From Cronobacter sakazakii (GTDB lineage: Bacteria > Pseudomonadota > Gammaproteobacteria > Enterobacterales > Enterobacteriaceae), in the NCBI RefSeq assembly GCF_000982825.1, contig NZ_CP011047.1:1398690-1462689 (forward strand): 64,000 nt of DNA, in the 5' to 3' direction. The position numbers and the translations under genes were made by a program. How positions within the stretch are numbered: position 1 is the stretch's first letter; every line of letters begins with the position of its first letter. The notes beneath the pieces were generated by a model. The model saw only the letters and a program-made list of their open reading frames with translations. It was not told the DNA's origin and ran no database searches. This document shows positions 1 to 14,512 of this stretch, piece after piece.

Positions 1-135
1 CAGGTCAAACTTATCCTGAAGGACGCGAAGGCGATCGCTGTTGGTATCGACAACGGTAATGTCGTTATTCTCGCCCACCAGGTTTTCCGCCAGGGTGCCG
101 CCCACCTGACCGGCACCCAAAATGATAATTTTCAT
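1..135 (-). CDS. trkA: TrkA potassium uptake protein, N-terminal 45 codons only; the gene runs off the window edge
   Basis: The reverse complement translates to [45 protein letters not shown]. This is a Rossmann GxGxxG N-terminus and matches E. coli TrkA from memory. Confidence 0.85.
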   Translation of the reverse strand, partial: MKIIILGAGQVGGTLAENLVGENNDITVVDTNSDRLRVLQDKFDL

Positions 136-174
136 TGTTGTGCTTCACCCATGCGGGGCCGCCAGCGGGCCCGG

Positions 175-1464
175 TTACTTTTTAATTAGCTTAGCGTAAA
201 AGAAGCCGTCGCCTTCGGTTGCGCCTGGTAGATTCTGAATGCCGGGCGTTTGTGTCGATCCCGTACCGTCCAGCTGCGCATCCGGCGTCCGGGATAAAAA
301 TGCCCGGATCTGTTCGCTATTTTCTTCCGGTAAAACGGAGCAGGTGGCATACAGCAATGTACCGCCTGGTTTCAGATGCGGCCAGATAGCGTCGAGAATT
401 TCAGACTGTAATTGCGCCAGTTCACCGATATCAGAATCACGACGCAGCCATTTAATGTCAGGGTGACGCCGAATTACGCCGGTGGCAGAGCAGGGCGCAT
501 CAAGAAGGATCCGGTCGAATTGCGTATCGCCGCACCAGGTTGACGGGAAACGACCATCACCCACTTTAACGTCGGCTTTCATCTTCAGGCGTTTGAGGTT
601 TTCATAGACGCGGGAAATACGCTGGGCGTCCACATCGACGGCCATTACGCTGGCCTGCGGCGCGGCTTCCAGAATATGCGTGGTTTTACCGCCAGGTGCA
701 GCGCACAGATCGAGAATCGTCTCACCGTTTTGCGGCGCTAACAGCTCGACGCAGCCCTGTGCCGAGGCGTCCTGCACCGTAACCCAGCCCTGTTCAAAGC
801 CAGGCAGCGCGCTCACAGGCGCCGGTGCATCAAGGCGTACGGCGTCCGGGTAACGCGGGTGGATATGCCCCGTCATTCCGTTTTCTTCCAGCAGCTTAAG
901 CCATTCGTCGCGGGAATGATGTTGACGGTTGACGCGCAGCCACATCGGCGGCCGTTCGTTATTGGCTTCCGCAACGGCTTGCCACTCTTGCGGCCAGGCG
1001 ATTTGCAGTCTGTTCAGCAACCACATCGGGTGTAACCAGCGGGCATCCTGACCGGAAAATTCAGCCAGTAATTCATCTTGCTGGCGCTGGAACTGACGCA
1101 GCACACCATTAATCAGCCCTTTAAACTGCATGCGCTTGATAGCGACTGCGCCTTCTACCGTTTCAGCCAGCGCCGCATGCGGCGGGATACGGGTATAAAG
1201 AAGCTGATACAAGCCCACCATAATCAGATAATGAATGGTGCGTTGCTTACCCGTCATCGGGCGTGACATCAGTCTATTGATAAGCCATTCGAGCTGCGAG
1301 AGCGTGCGAAGCACGCCGAAACAGAGTTCCTGCAAAAGCGCTTTGTCTTTATCAGAGACTTTATGCTGGAGCGGCGGCAGAACGGTACTGAGGGACTGGC
1401 CTTTTTCGACTACCTGTTCGATAGCCTGCGCCGCCAGACTGCGGAGATTAATGGATTTTTTCAT
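175..1464 (-). CDS. rsmB: 16S rRNA m5C967 methyltransferase RsmB (Sun)
   Basis: The ORF-track protein from [25 protein letters not shown] onward matches E. coli RsmB over its full length. I chose the start at the MKK ATG at 1464, which gives 429 aa. The longer upstream ORF start is an extension. Confidence 0.9.
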   Translation of the reverse strand: MKKSINLRSLAAQAIEQVVEKGQSLSTVLPPLQHKVSDKDKALLQELCFGVLRTLSQLEWLINRLMSRPMTGKQRTIHYLIMVGLYQLLYTRIPPHAALAETVEGAVAIKRMQFKGLINGVLRQFQRQQDELLAEFSGQDARWLHPMWLLNRLQIAWPQEWQAVAEANNERPPMWLRVNRQHHSRDEWLKLLEENGMTGHIHPRYPDAVRLDAPAPVSALPGFEQGWVTVQDASAQGCVELLAPQNGETILDLCAAPGGKTTHILEAAPQASVMAVDVDAQRISRVYENLKRLKMKADVKVGDGRFPSTWCGDTQFDRILLDAPCSATGVIRRHPDIKWLRRDSDIGELAQLQSEILDAIWPHLKPGGTLLYATCSVLPEENSEQIRAFLSRTPDAQLDGTGSTQTPGIQNLPGATEGDGFFYAKLIKK

Positions 1465-1532
1465 AGCCATGGGCAGGTTAACCTGCGTCTGAAATAAAAA
1501 GGCCCGGAAAACCGGGCTGTTAATGCCGACAC

Positions 1533-2480
1533 TCAGGCGAGAATGGCGCCTGGCGTAAACCACTCCCGGCGGGAGTTTAAAAGATCCTGTGCTGACATCG
1601 GTTTTTTACCGGCAGGCTGGAGTGATTCCAGATTGAGGATACCGTCCGTCGTCGCGACCTGGATACCCTGTTTACCGGCATCAAGGATGGTGCCAGGCGT
1701 TGCATGGCTCTGCTGATGGATAACTGACGCCTTCCAGACTTTGACAGGCTGCTCATCAATCATGAAAAAGCTGACCGGCCACGGGTTAAACGCACGAATA
1801 CAGCGTTCAAGCTGAGCTGCAGAAAGCGTCCAGTCGAGGCGTGCCTCTTCTTTACTGAGCTTGTCTGCATAGGTCGCCTGTGCATCATGCTGCTTTTCAG
1901 GAACCACGCGGCCCGCTGCCAAATCCTCAAGCGTGGCGAGCAGCCCCTGCGGGCCGAGCTGTGCCAGCTTGTCATACAGCGAGGCGCTGGTGTCTTCATC
2001 GGTAATTGGGCAGGAAAGCTTACGCAGCATATCGCCGGTATCAAGTCCTGTGTCCATCTGCATGATAGTCACGCCGGTTTCGGCATCGCCCGCCCATAGT
2101 GAGCGCTGAATAGGTGCCGCGCCGCGCCAGCGTGGAAGCAACGAGCCGTGTACGTTAATACAACCCAGGCGAGGCATGGCGAGCACTGCTTCCGGAAGAA
2201 TCAAACCGTAAGCAACGACCACCATGACATCGGCATTCAGCGAGGCCACAAGCTCCTGGTTCTCCGCAGGACGCAGAGATTTCGGCTGAAAGACCGGAAT
2301 GTTGTTTTCCTGTGCCAGCACTTTTATCGGCCCGGGCATCAGCTTTTTGCCACGGCCCGCCGGGCGGTCTGGCTGAGTGAACACGCCGACCACCTGGTGC
2401 GAAGAGGACAACAGCGCGTCGAGATGACGCGCTGCGAAATCCGGCGTACCGGCGAAAATAATGCGAAGTGACTCAGACAC
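1533..2480 (-). CDS. fmt: methionyl-tRNA formyltransferase
   Basis: 315 aa, [24 protein letters not shown]..., colinear with E. coli Fmt. It sits directly downstream of def. Confidence 0.95.
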   Translation of the reverse strand: MSESLRIIFAGTPDFAARHLDALLSSSHQVVGVFTQPDRPAGRGKKLMPGPIKVLAQENNIPVFQPKSLRPAENQELVASLNADVMVVVAYGLILPEAVLAMPRLGCINVHGSLLPRWRGAAPIQRSLWAGDAETGVTIMQMDTGLDTGDMLRKLSCPITDEDTSASLYDKLAQLGPQGLLATLEDLAAGRVVPEKQHDAQATYADKLSKEEARLDWTLSAAQLERCIRAFNPWPVSFFMIDEQPVKVWKASVIHQQSHATPGTILDAGKQGIQVATTDGILNLESLQPAGKKPMSAQDLLNSRREWFTPGAILA

Positions 2481-2498
2481 GTTATTCCCTGTCTTTAT

Positions 2499-3014
2499 TT
2501 AACCTGCGGCTTTCGCCTTCATGCGATCCAGTTTTTCAACTTTCTGGCGAATACGCTGACGCTTCATCGGCGACAGATAATCGATAAACAATTTACCGAC
2601 CAGATGATCCATTTCATGCTGAATGCAGATGGCCAGCAGGCCGTCGGCTTCCAGTTCAAACGGCTTCCCGTCGCGGTCAAGCGCGCGGATTTTGACTTTC
2701 TCGGCACGCGGTACAAAAGCGCGTTGCTCCGGGATAGACAGGCAGCCTTCTTCAATGCCGGTTTCGCCGGACTGTTCGAGCAGCTCAGGGTTAATAAGCA
2801 CCAGGCGCTCATCACGGTTTTCAGAAACATCAATCACGATAATGCGCTGATGAATATCCACCTGCGTTGCGGCAAGCCCAATGCCTTCTTCGGCGTACAT
2901 CGTGTCGAACATATCATCAACGATACGCTGAATATCTGCATTAACTTCTTTAACCGGTTCAGCGACGATGCGAAGCCGCTCGTCCGGAATATGTAATACC
3001 TGCAAAACTGACAT
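2499..3014 (-). CDS. def: peptide deformylase
   Basis: 171 aa, [15 protein letters not shown]... It carries the [13 protein letters not shown] and HEMDHL motifs. Confidence 0.95.
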   Translation of the reverse strand: MSVLQVLHIPDERLRIVAEPVKEVNADIQRIVDDMFDTMYAEEGIGLAATQVDIHQRIIVIDVSENRDERLVLINPELLEQSGETGIEEGCLSIPEQRAFVPRAEKVKIRALDRDGKPFELEADGLLAICIQHEMDHLVGKLFIDYLSPMKRQRIRQKVEKLDRMKAKAAG

Positions 3015-3143
3015 AAATTTCCAGAGCTGTATTCAAGAGTTGAAAGGATCTTACCTTCTATTCTAGACAAATCCCCCTTTGATTGACAGCATCAGCAACG
3101 AATCACAGGGATTAGAGAACGGCGGCTGGCGGGGGATAGCGCG

Positions 3144-4154
3144 ATGTCACCAACGGAGATTTGGTTACGCCTGATGGCGGTGTATAGCCTCGGCGGCGAA
3201 GTTATGGTTCGGGCTTTCCAGTGCCTGCAAAATATACCCGGCGATCCCACGGATGCCTTACGGCTGGCGGGGCTTAATAGTAAGCAACGGGCACTCTTTT
3301 TTTATTACCCGCAGGCCAAGCTTGAGGCTGCTCTGCGCTGGCTTGAAATGCCGGAGCATCATCTGCTTACCGCGCTATCGCCTGAATATCCCGTTGCTCT
3401 GCGCGCGATCGAGTGGTTTCCTGGTGCGTTGCTGGTGGCAGGCGATCCCAGGGCGCTGTCCCGCCCGCAACTGGCCGTCGTCGGGAGCCGTCATCATTCG
3501 TGGTATGGCGAACAGTGGGGAAGCAAACTCTGCTATGCGCTGGTGGAAAGCGGCCTCGTCTTAACCAGCGGGCTTGCACTAGGCATAGACGCTGTTGCGC
3601 ATCGCAGCGCGCTGAAGGCGCAGGGGAAAACCATCGCGGTGCTGGGCAACGGCCTTGCGCAGGTTTATCCGGCGCGCCACCGTAAACTGGCGGAGGAGAT
3701 CGTAGAACGGGGCGGCGCGCTGGTGTCCGAGTTTCCTTTTGAGGCGCAGCCGCGTCCGGCGCATTTCCCGAGACGTAATCGCATTATTAGTGGCTTGAGC
3801 GTTGGCGTGCTGGTGGTCGAGGCGGCCTTACGCAGCGGCTCGCTGGTCACGGCCCGGTGCGCACTGGAACAAGGCCGGGAGGTTTTCGCGCTCCCTGGGC
3901 CTGTTGGTAATCCCGGTTGTGAAGGCCCGCACTGGCTGATTCAGCAAGGCGCTGTCGCCGTTACGCATCCTCAGGACATTATCGATTATTTACAAAATGA
4001 GCTGCCCTGGCTCACGACTGCGAATTATTCACCGGATCAAGAGGAAGGTGCATTGCCATTTCCCGAGCTGTTGGCTAACGTAGGAGATGAGGTTACACCT
4101 GTTGACGTCGTCGCTGAACGTGCCGGCCAACCTGTGCCATTGACGGTAGCCTAG
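3144..4154 (+). CDS. dprA: DNA-processing protein DprA (Smf), ending at an in-frame amber codon. The same frame stays open to a TGA at 4254-4256
   Basis: 336 aa, matches E. coli Smf/DprA (EIWLRLM..., LAVVGSR, FPRRNRIISGLS, LVVEAALRSGSLVTAR). At 4152-4154 a TAG replaces the Gln codon of the conserved ...PVPxVVTQLLELELAGW... C-terminus. The downstream 33 codons still encode [33 protein letters not shown] in frame. Confidence 0.85.
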   Translation: MSPTEIWLRLMAVYSLGGEVMVRAFQCLQNIPGDPTDALRLAGLNSKQRALFFYYPQAKLEAALRWLEMPEHHLLTALSPEYPVALRAIEWFPGALLVAGDPRALSRPQLAVVGSRHHSWYGEQWGSKLCYALVESGLVLTSGLALGIDAVAHRSALKAQGKTIAVLGNGLAQVYPARHRKLAEEIVERGGALVSEFPFEAQPRPAHFPRRNRIISGLSVGVLVVEAALRSGSLVTARCALEQGREVFALPGPVGNPGCEGPHWLIQQGAVAVTHPQDIIDYLQNELPWLTTANYSPDQEEGALPFPELLANVGDEVTPVDVVAERAGQPVPLTVA

Positions 4155-4227
4155 CTACTCGAACTGGAGTTAGCAGGATGGATCGCAGCTGTACCCGGCG
4201 GCTATGTCCGAGTGAGGAGGGCAGGCC

Positions 4228-4701
4228 ATGTTCGACGTACTAATGTATTTGTTTGAAACCTATATCCATAACGAAGCTGAAATGCGCGTTGACCAGGATA
4301 AGCTGACGCGGGACCTGACGGATGCGGGTTTTGATCAGGAAGATATCTTTAATGCGCTGTTATGGCTGGAAAAGCTGGCGGATTATCAGGATGGTCTTTC
4401 CGCGCCGATGCAACTGGCGTCGGATCCACTCTCGATGCGTATTTATACCGCAGAGGAGTGCCAGCGGCTGGACGCCAGCTGTCGGGGGTTCCTGCTGTTT
4501 CTGGAACAAATTCAGGTGCTGAATCTCGAAACTCGTGAAATGGTTATCGAACGCGTCATGGCGCTGGATACTGCCGAGTTTGATTTAGAAGATCTCAAGT
4601 GGGTCATCCTGATGGTGCTGTTTAACATCCCCGGATGTGAAAACGCCTATCAACAAATGGAAGAACTGCTCTTTGAAGTGAATGACGGTATGCTGCACTG
4701 A
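4228..4701 (+). CDS. smg: Smg protein (DUF494)
   Basis: 157 aa, [19 protein letters not shown]... Its start overlaps the ancestral dprA 3' end, as it does in E. coli. Confidence 0.9.
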   Translation: MFDVLMYLFETYIHNEAEMRVDQDKLTRDLTDAGFDQEDIFNALLWLEKLADYQDGLSAPMQLASDPLSMRIYTAEECQRLDASCRGFLLFLEQIQVLNLETREMVIERVMALDTAEFDLEDLKWVILMVLFNIPGCENAYQQMEELLFEVNDGMLH

Positions 4702-4724
4702 TATTTTCAGCGCAGTGGTGAATT

Positions 4725-5282
4725 ATGGCAAGGTCAGCACTCTTTTCAGTGCCCAAACACGAGCCCTGCCCAAAATGCGGGGCTGAACTTCTTATCCGTT
4801 CCGGGAAGCATGGTCCTTTCCTGGGATGTTCGCATTATCCTGAGTGTGATTACGTTCGCCCGCTGAAAAGCCAGGCGGACGGTCATATTGTCAAAGTGCT
4901 CGAAGGTCAGCAATGCCCGGCATGTGATGCGACGCTGGTGCTACGGCAGGGGCGTTTTGGGATGTTTATCGGCTGCAGCCGTTATCCTGAATGCGAACAT
5001 ACCGAGCAAATCGATAAACCTGACGAAACCGCATTGGGCTGCCCGCAGTGTAGCGACGGTCATCTGGTTCAGCGTCGGTCGCGTTTTGGCAAAACCTTCT
5101 ATTCCTGCGATCGCTATCCGGAATGCCAGTTTGTGATTAATACCAGACCGGTGGCGGGCGAGTGCCCGGAATGCCATTATCCCCTCCTTACCGAAAAGAA
5201 AACCGCGCAGGGCATAAAACGCTTTTGCGCCAGTAAACAATGTGGAAAGCCGGTAACGGCGGAAAAAGACAGTGAAGAATAA
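4725..5282 (+). CDS. yrdD: YrdD, a topoisomerase-IA-type zinc-ribbon protein
   Basis: 185 aa with four CxxC...CxxC zinc-ribbon repeats (CPKCGAEL..., CPACDATL..., CPQCSDGH..., CPECHYPL...). Confidence 0.85.
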   Translation: MARSALFSVPKHEPCPKCGAELLIRSGKHGPFLGCSHYPECDYVRPLKSQADGHIVKVLEGQQCPACDATLVLRQGRFGMFIGCSRYPECEHTEQIDKPDETALGCPQCSDGHLVQRRSRFGKTFYSCDRYPECQFVINTRPVAGECPECHYPLLTEKKTAQGIKRFCASKQCGKPVTAEKDSEE

Positions 5283-5844
5283 TCAGCCTGCGGACGCGAT
5301 ATCGTCTATCGTCGACGTCCTTAAAAAAGAACAAGTCATCGCTTATCCAACTGAAGCCGTATTTGGCGTCGGGTGTGACCCCGACAGCGAAACCGCTGTA
5401 AAACGCCTGCTTGAATTAAAGCAACGCCCGATGGAAAAAGGACTCATCCTGATTGCGGCTAATTTTGATCAACTTAAGCCTTATATAGATGACGCCGCGC
5501 TGACGCCCGAACAGCGTGAGGCGGTGTTCGCCCGCTGGCCAGGGCCAGTGACGTTTGTTTTCCCGGCGAAACCGTCGACGCCACGCTGGCTGACAGGCCG
5601 TTTTGACTCACTGGCGGTGCGTGTGACCAATCATCCGCTGGTAATCGCACTGTGCGAGGCCTTTGGCAAACCACTGGTCTCGACGAGTGCAAATCTCTCC
5701 GGGGTTGAGCCATGCCGCACGGCGCAGGAAGTGCTGGCGCAGTTCGGTGATGATTTTCCTGTGCTGCATGGCGCAACAGGTGGTCGCCAGAATCCTTCCG
5801 AGATCCGTGATGCGCTGACGGGTGAACTTTTCCGACAGGGGTAA
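5272..5844 (+). CDS. tsaC: L-threonylcarbamoyladenylate synthase TsaC (YrdC/RimN)
   Basis: 190 aa with [19 protein letters not shown] and [11 protein letters not shown] motifs. It overlaps the yrdD end by 11 nt. Confidence 0.9.
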   Translation: MKNNQPADAISSIVDVLKKEQVIAYPTEAVFGVGCDPDSETAVKRLLELKQRPMEKGLILIAANFDQLKPYIDDAALTPEQREAVFARWPGPVTFVFPAKPSTPRWLTGRFDSLAVRVTNHPLVIALCEAFGKPLVSTSANLSGVEPCRTAQEVLAQFGDDFPVLHGATGGRQNPSEIRDALTGELFRQG

Positions 5845-5847
5845 CGC

Positions 5848-6666
5848 ATGGAAACCTACGCTGTTTTTGGTAATCCTGTCTCGCACAGTAAATCGCCGTT
5901 TATTCACCAGCAATTTGCGCAGCAGTTACAGATTGAGCATCCGTATGGCCGCGTGCTGGCACCGCTCGATGATTTTGTGAAGACGCTGGAGGACTTCTTC
6001 AGCGCAGGCGGTAAAGGCGCAAACGTGACGGTGCCTTTTAAAGAACAGGCGTTTGCTCGTGCCGATGAACTGACGGAAAGAGCGGCGCTTGCCGGTGCGG
6101 TTAATACGCTGAAACGGCTCGAAGATGGTCGTTTACTGGGCGACAATACGGATGGTATTGGGCTTTTAAGCGATCTGGAACGTCTCGGTATGATCCAGCC
6201 GCGTTACCGGATCCTTCTGGTGGGCGCAGGCGGCGCAGCACGGGGCGTCTTGTTGCCTCTGCTGTCGCTGGATTGCGCGGTAACTATTACTAACCGCACT
6301 TTTGCCCGCGCGCAGGAACTCGCAACGCTCTTTAGTCATACCGGCAACGTTAACGCCGTCGCGCTTGCGGATCTGGTTGGCCATGAGTTCGATCTCATTA
6401 TTAATGCCACTTCCAGTGGGATTCACGGCGAGATCCCGACTCTTCCGTCTTCTCTGCCCGGTAAAAAAACGGCGTGCTATGACATGTTCTACCAGAAAGG
6501 GCTAACGCCATTCCTTTCATGGTGTCAGGCGCAGGGGGCAACGCAACTGGCTGACGGTATCGGGATGCTGGTGGGGCAGGCGGCGCACGCGGTTCTGCTC
6601 TGGCATGGCATCCTGCCGGATGTTGTGCCCGTTATTGATAAGCTCAGACAGGAGCTGGCGCAATGA
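5848..6666 (+). CDS. aroE: shikimate 5-dehydrogenase
   Basis: 272 aa, [20 protein letters not shown]..., with a [12 protein letters not shown]-binding loop. Confidence 0.95.
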   Translation: METYAVFGNPVSHSKSPFIHQQFAQQLQIEHPYGRVLAPLDDFVKTLEDFFSAGGKGANVTVPFKEQAFARADELTERAALAGAVNTLKRLEDGRLLGDNTDGIGLLSDLERLGMIQPRYRILLVGAGGAARGVLLPLLSLDCAVTITNRTFARAQELATLFSHTGNVNAVALADLVGHEFDLIINATSSGIHGEIPTLPSSLPGKKTACYDMFYQKGLTPFLSWCQAQGATQLADGIGMLVGQAAHAVLLWHGILPDVVPVIDKLRQELAQ

Positions 6667-6920
6667 ATCAGGCGATTCAGTTCCCTGATCGCGAGCACTG
6701 GGATGAACAGCGGCAGGCCGTTTGTTTTCCGGCGCTGGTCAGTGGGATGGTGCTTACCTGTGCTATTGCGCAGCCTGTGCTGGTGGCTCGCTTCTCAGGC
6801 ACGTCGCCCGAAGAATGGATAGCCGCTTTTCGTCAGCACCGTTGGGATCTGGAAGAAGAGGCTGAGCAGCTGATCGCTGCTCAGGCCGAAGACGATCAGG
6901 GTTGGGTCTGGCTCTCCTGA
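6663..6920 (+). CDS. yrdB: YrdB (DUF1488) small protein
   Basis: 85 aa. It follows aroE with a 4-nt overlap, matching E. coli synteny. Confidence 0.8.
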   Translation: MNQAIQFPDREHWDEQRQAVCFPALVSGMVLTCAIAQPVLVARFSGTSPEEWIAAFRQHRWDLEEEAEQLIAAQAEDDQGWVWLS

Positions 6921-7453
6921 GCCAGATACTCATCTTTCCACTTCACATAGTTGTTCGCCGAGTAGCGCAGCCCTTCGCGCTCGGTATCTTTTAACGGGCG
7001 AATCTGTTTTACCGGGCTGCCGAGATAAAGATGGCCGCTTTCCAGACGCCTATTCTGCGGCACCAGACTTCCCGCCCCTATCATCACGTCATCTTCTATA
7101 ACGGCACCGTCAAGCACGATCGAGCCCATACCGACCAGTACACGATTGCCAATAATGCAGCCATGCAGCATCACTTTATGCCCAACGGTAACGTCTTCCC
7201 CAATCACCAGTGGATTACCCTCGGGGTTATAAGAAGATTTATGAGTCACGTGCAATACGCTGCCATCCTGAATGTTGGTGCGCGCGCCAACCGCAACGTA
7301 ATTAACGTCGCCCCGAATCACTACCAGCGGCCAGATGCCGACATCATCAGCCAGTCTCACATCGCCAATCACCACGCTTGAGCTATCGACCATCACGCGC
7401 TGGCCTGTGGTGGGAAAGGTATTTTTATAAGGACGTAACACAGAAGAAGACAT
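6896..7453 (-). CDS. yrdA: YrdA, a gamma-carbonic-anhydrase-like hexapeptide-repeat protein
   Basis: 185 aa with left-handed beta-helix hexapeptide repeats (VIGDVRLADDVGIWPLVVIRGDVN...). In E. coli this gene sits immediately upstream of rrnD. Confidence 0.85.
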   Translation of the reverse strand: MSSSVLRPYKNTFPTTGQRVMVDSSSVVIGDVRLADDVGIWPLVVIRGDVNYVAVGARTNIQDGSVLHVTHKSSYNPEGNPLVIGEDVTVGHKVMLHGCIIGNRVLVGMGSIVLDGAVIEDDVMIGAGSLVPQNRRLESGHLYLGSPVKQIRPLKDTEREGLRYSANNYVKWKDEYLAQESQTQP

Positions 7454-7606
7454 AGTCGCCTCGGTTTCTTATCAATCGTAAGAAGACTTTGGTTGGATTC
7501 AGGCGGCTGTGCAAGCGCAAATGTGTTTGTTCGTTGAGCAGATCGCGCGGGATCGCAGCAATAAGAATGAAAAAACAGCAGTTGAAAGAAAAGATCGAAA
7601 AAAGGG

Positions 7607-7634
7607 TTGTGCTGAAAACTGAGATCCCTATAAT
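7607..7634 (+). promoter_or_regulatory. rrn P1 promoter: TTGTGC, 16-nt spacer, TATAAT, followed by GCGCC. An A-rich UP/FIS region lies upstream
   Basis: It is near-identical to the E. coli rrnB P1 core (CCCTATAATGCGCC). The A-tract-rich UP-element region at 7560-7606 precedes it. Confidence 0.8.
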
Positions 7635-7712
7635 GCGCCTCCATCGAGACGGCAATGTGAAGCACTTCACGAAATGGCCGGCGCGATGAGAGAAAAATCC
7701 TGAAATTAAGGG

Positions 7713-7740
7713 TTGACTCTGAAAGAGGAAAGCGTAATAT
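7713..7740 (+). promoter_or_regulatory. rrn P2 promoter: TTGACT, 16-nt spacer, TAATAT
   Basis: TTGACTCTGAAAGAGGAAAGCGTAATATACGCCACCTCGCGACAG is the E. coli rrn P2 sequence almost verbatim. Confidence 0.85.
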
Positions 7741-7780
7741 ACGCCACCTCGCGACAGCAGGCTGAATGCCGCGTCGCACC

Positions 7781-7799
7781 GCTCTTTAACAATTTATCA
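7781..7799 (+). promoter_or_regulatory. boxA antitermination element in the rrn leader
   Basis: GCTCTTTAACAATTTATCA matches the rrn boxA consensus TGCTCTTTAACAA. Confidence 0.75.
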
Positions 7800-7929
7800 G
7801 ACAATCTGTGTGGGCACTCGGGGCACTGATATCTTAACGTCTACGGACGATAAACGAATATCAAGTCTCAAGTGAACAACAGTTAATTCATTACGAACTA
7901 ACAGTTTAATTCTTTGAGCATCAGACTTT

Positions 7930-9471
<1,542 letters not shown>

Positions 9472-9549
9472 CCTGAAAGATACAACCTCGCGTGCTCACA
9501 CAGATTGTCTGATAGAAAGTAAAGAAGCAGGGTTGTCTGCGAAAGCGAA

Positions 9550-9625
9550 GTCCCTTTCGTCTAGAGGCCCAGGACACCGCCCTTTCACGGCGGTAACAGG
9601 GGTTCGAATCCCCTAAGGGACGCCA
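9550..9625 (+). tRNA. tRNA-Glu (UUC) in the 16S-23S spacer
   Basis: GTCCCTTTCGTCTAGAGGCCCAGGACACCGCCCTTTCACGGCGGTAACAGGGGTTCGAATCCCCTAAGGGACGCCA. 76 nt with an encoded CCA. It is near-identical to E. coli tRNA-Glu. Confidence 0.95.
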
Positions 9626-9827
9626 CCTGCTGGTAATGAGTGAAAGGCGTTACCGATTGATATCTCAAAACTGACTGTAAAGTCGCGTTTGAGATATTTG
9701 CTCTTTAACAATCCGGAACAAGCTGAAAATTGAAACAGACACGCTGCTGTATTTCTCCGTAATAAGAAATGCGCGGTGTGTCAGAGTCTCTCAAACTCGC
9801 AGCACGAAGACTTCTTCGGGTTGTGAG

Positions 9828-12728
<2,901 letters not shown>

Positions 12729-12818
12729 TACAACGCCAAAGAAGTCTGGCGAGTAGAGAGACAATTCAGCTTGTGACGGATAAACGTTCATGGCGGAAGC
12801 GGTGAACGGAACAGAATT

Positions 12819-12938
12819 TGCCTGGCGGCTGTAGCGCGGTGGTCCCACCTGACCCCATGCCGAACTCAGAAGTGAAACGCCGTAGCGCCGATGGTAGTGT
12901 GGGGCCTCCCCATGCGAGAGTAGGGAACTGCCAGGCAT
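12819..12938 (+). rRNA. rrf: 5S ribosomal RNA
   Basis: TGCCTGGCGGCTGTAGCGCGGTGGTCCCACCTGACCCCATGCCGAACTCAG...GGAACTGCCAGGCAT, 120 nt. Confidence 0.95.
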
Positions 12939-12951
12939 CAGATAAACGGAA

Positions 12952-12981
12952 AAGCCTCATGCGAAAGCATGGGGCTTTTTT
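12952..12981 (+). terminator. rho-independent terminator of the rrn operon
   Basis: AAGCCTCATGC GAAA GCATGGGGC followed by TTTTTTG. Confidence 0.75.
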
Positions 12982-13268
12982 GTATGCCGGTCAGCAATGA
13001 CGCGCGCCTGCGGGCAGAGTAAACCCGGTGCAGACAGACTGGATCGTCCCGCAACGGTAACGGGCCGGGACCCGCCGGCAGGACGTCTGTCCTTTACCAC
13101 CAGATGCCAGCGAAAAGCCCCCGCTTTTGTTCTGCTGCACTTCAAAAATCTCGCCCCAAATTCCCTTCCATACCCTTCATTACACCCAGCCCTCTTCCCC
13201 GTGAAACATTTTCACCTTTCGTACTCCTGCTCGACATTCTCGCCATTCCTGGTTATTGTTGGCTGTCT

Positions 13269-13292
13269 GGATGTCTAAACGTATAAACGTAT
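13269..13292 (+). promoter_or_regulatory. tandem MetJ boxes (metA operator)
   Basis: GGATGTCTAAACGTATAAACGT sits immediately upstream of the metA RBS. It is 2-3 imperfect repeats of the met-box consensus AGACGTCT. Confidence 0.6.
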
Positions 13293-13310
13293 GTTGTGAG
13301 GAAAAAGGTT

Positions 13311-14240
13311 ATGCCGATTCGGGTGCCTGATGAGTTACCAGCCGTCAACTTTCTGCGTCAGGAAAATGTCTTCGTGATGACAACATCACGCGCCAGCGTT
13401 CAGGAGATCCGTCCGCTTAAGGTGCTGATCCTGAATCTGATGCCCAAGAAAATCGAAACGGAAAATCAGTTCCTGCGCCTTCTTTCCAACTCACCTTTGC
13501 AGGTGGATATCCGTCTGCTGCGCATAGACAGCCGTGAGTCACGCAACACGCCTGCGGAGCATCTCAATAACTTCTACTGTAATTTCGAAGATATCTGCGA
13601 CGAAAACTACGATGGTCTTATCGTTACCGGCGCGCCGCTGGGCCTCGTTGAGTTTAACGATGTTGCGTACTGGCCGCAGATCCAGCAGGTGCTGGAGTGG
13701 GCAAAAGAGCATGTTACCTCCACGCTTTTTGTCTGTTGGGCCGTCCAGGCGGCGTTAAATATCCTCTATGGCATCCCCAAGCAGACGCGCCAGGAGAAAA
13801 TCTCCGGCGTTTACGAGCATCACATTACGCAGCCACATGCACTGCTGACAAAAGGGTTTGACGATACTTTTCTGGCACCGCATTCACGCTATGCCGATTT
13901 CCCGGCAGCGCTCATTCGTGACTACACCGATCTTGATATTCTGGCCGAATCGGAAGAGGGAGACGCCTACCTGTTCGCCAGCAAAGACAAACGTATTGCG
14001 TTCGTTACCGGCCACCCGGAGTACGACGCCCTGACCCTTGCCGGCGAATATTTCCGCGATGTTGAAGCAGGTCTGGCACCGCGCGTGCCGTATAACTATT
14101 TCCCGAATAACGATCCGACCAAAACGCCGCGCGCCACCTGGCGCAGCCACGGCAATCTGCTCTTTACTAACTGGCTCAACTACTACGTGTATCAGATCAC
14201 GCCATACGATCTGCGCCATATGAACCCCACCCTCGAGTAA
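13311..14240 (+). CDS. metA: homoserine O-succinyltransferase
   Basis: [29 protein letters not shown]... is colinear with E. coli MetA (309 aa). The RBS is GAGGAAAAAGG. The ORF-track GTG at 13296 is an upstream extension. Confidence 0.93.
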   Translation: MPIRVPDELPAVNFLRQENVFVMTTSRASVQEIRPLKVLILNLMPKKIETENQFLRLLSNSPLQVDIRLLRIDSRESRNTPAEHLNNFYCNFEDICDENYDGLIVTGAPLGLVEFNDVAYWPQIQQVLEWAKEHVTSTLFVCWAVQAALNILYGIPKQTRQEKISGVYEHHITQPHALLTKGFDDTFLAPHSRYADFPAALIRDYTDLDILAESEEGDAYLFASKDKRIAFVTGHPEYDALTLAGEYFRDVEAGLAPRVPYNYFPNNDPTKTPRATWRSHGNLLFTNWLNYYVYQITPYDLRHMNPTLE

Positions 14241-14284
14241 TCTCCCGCGTACGCGATCCTTAAGCGTTTCAGCATACTTTATAA

Positions 14285-14307
14285 GGCACCTTCGGGTGCC
14301 TTTTTTA
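14285..14307 (+). terminator. metA terminator
   Basis: GGCACC TTCG GGTGCC followed by TTTTTTATTT. Confidence 0.8.
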
Positions 14308-14383
14308 TTTCCGAAAACCTCTTCATTATCAAAAATGACTTTAATTGTATTTTAATCAAAAACTTATACTGATAAAGAAATTA

Positions 14384-14410
14384 AAATGGAAATTGTTTTT
14401 GATTTTAGAA
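14384..14410 (+). promoter_or_regulatory. IclR operator in the aceB promoter region
   Basis: AAAATGGAAATTGTTTTTGATTTTAG resembles the E. coli aceB IclR site (TGGAAATNATTTCCA-like). The AT-rich 14310-14500 region is the aceBAK promoter. Confidence 0.55.
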
Positions 14411-14512
14411 AAAGAATGAGTAGTCTTAATTGTGCTGTACGAAATCTGAACGTAAGAGATCGCGTACGTCTGCTATGGGGAATCTTTTGGATCAAAACCG
14501 AGGAGCGCTGCT

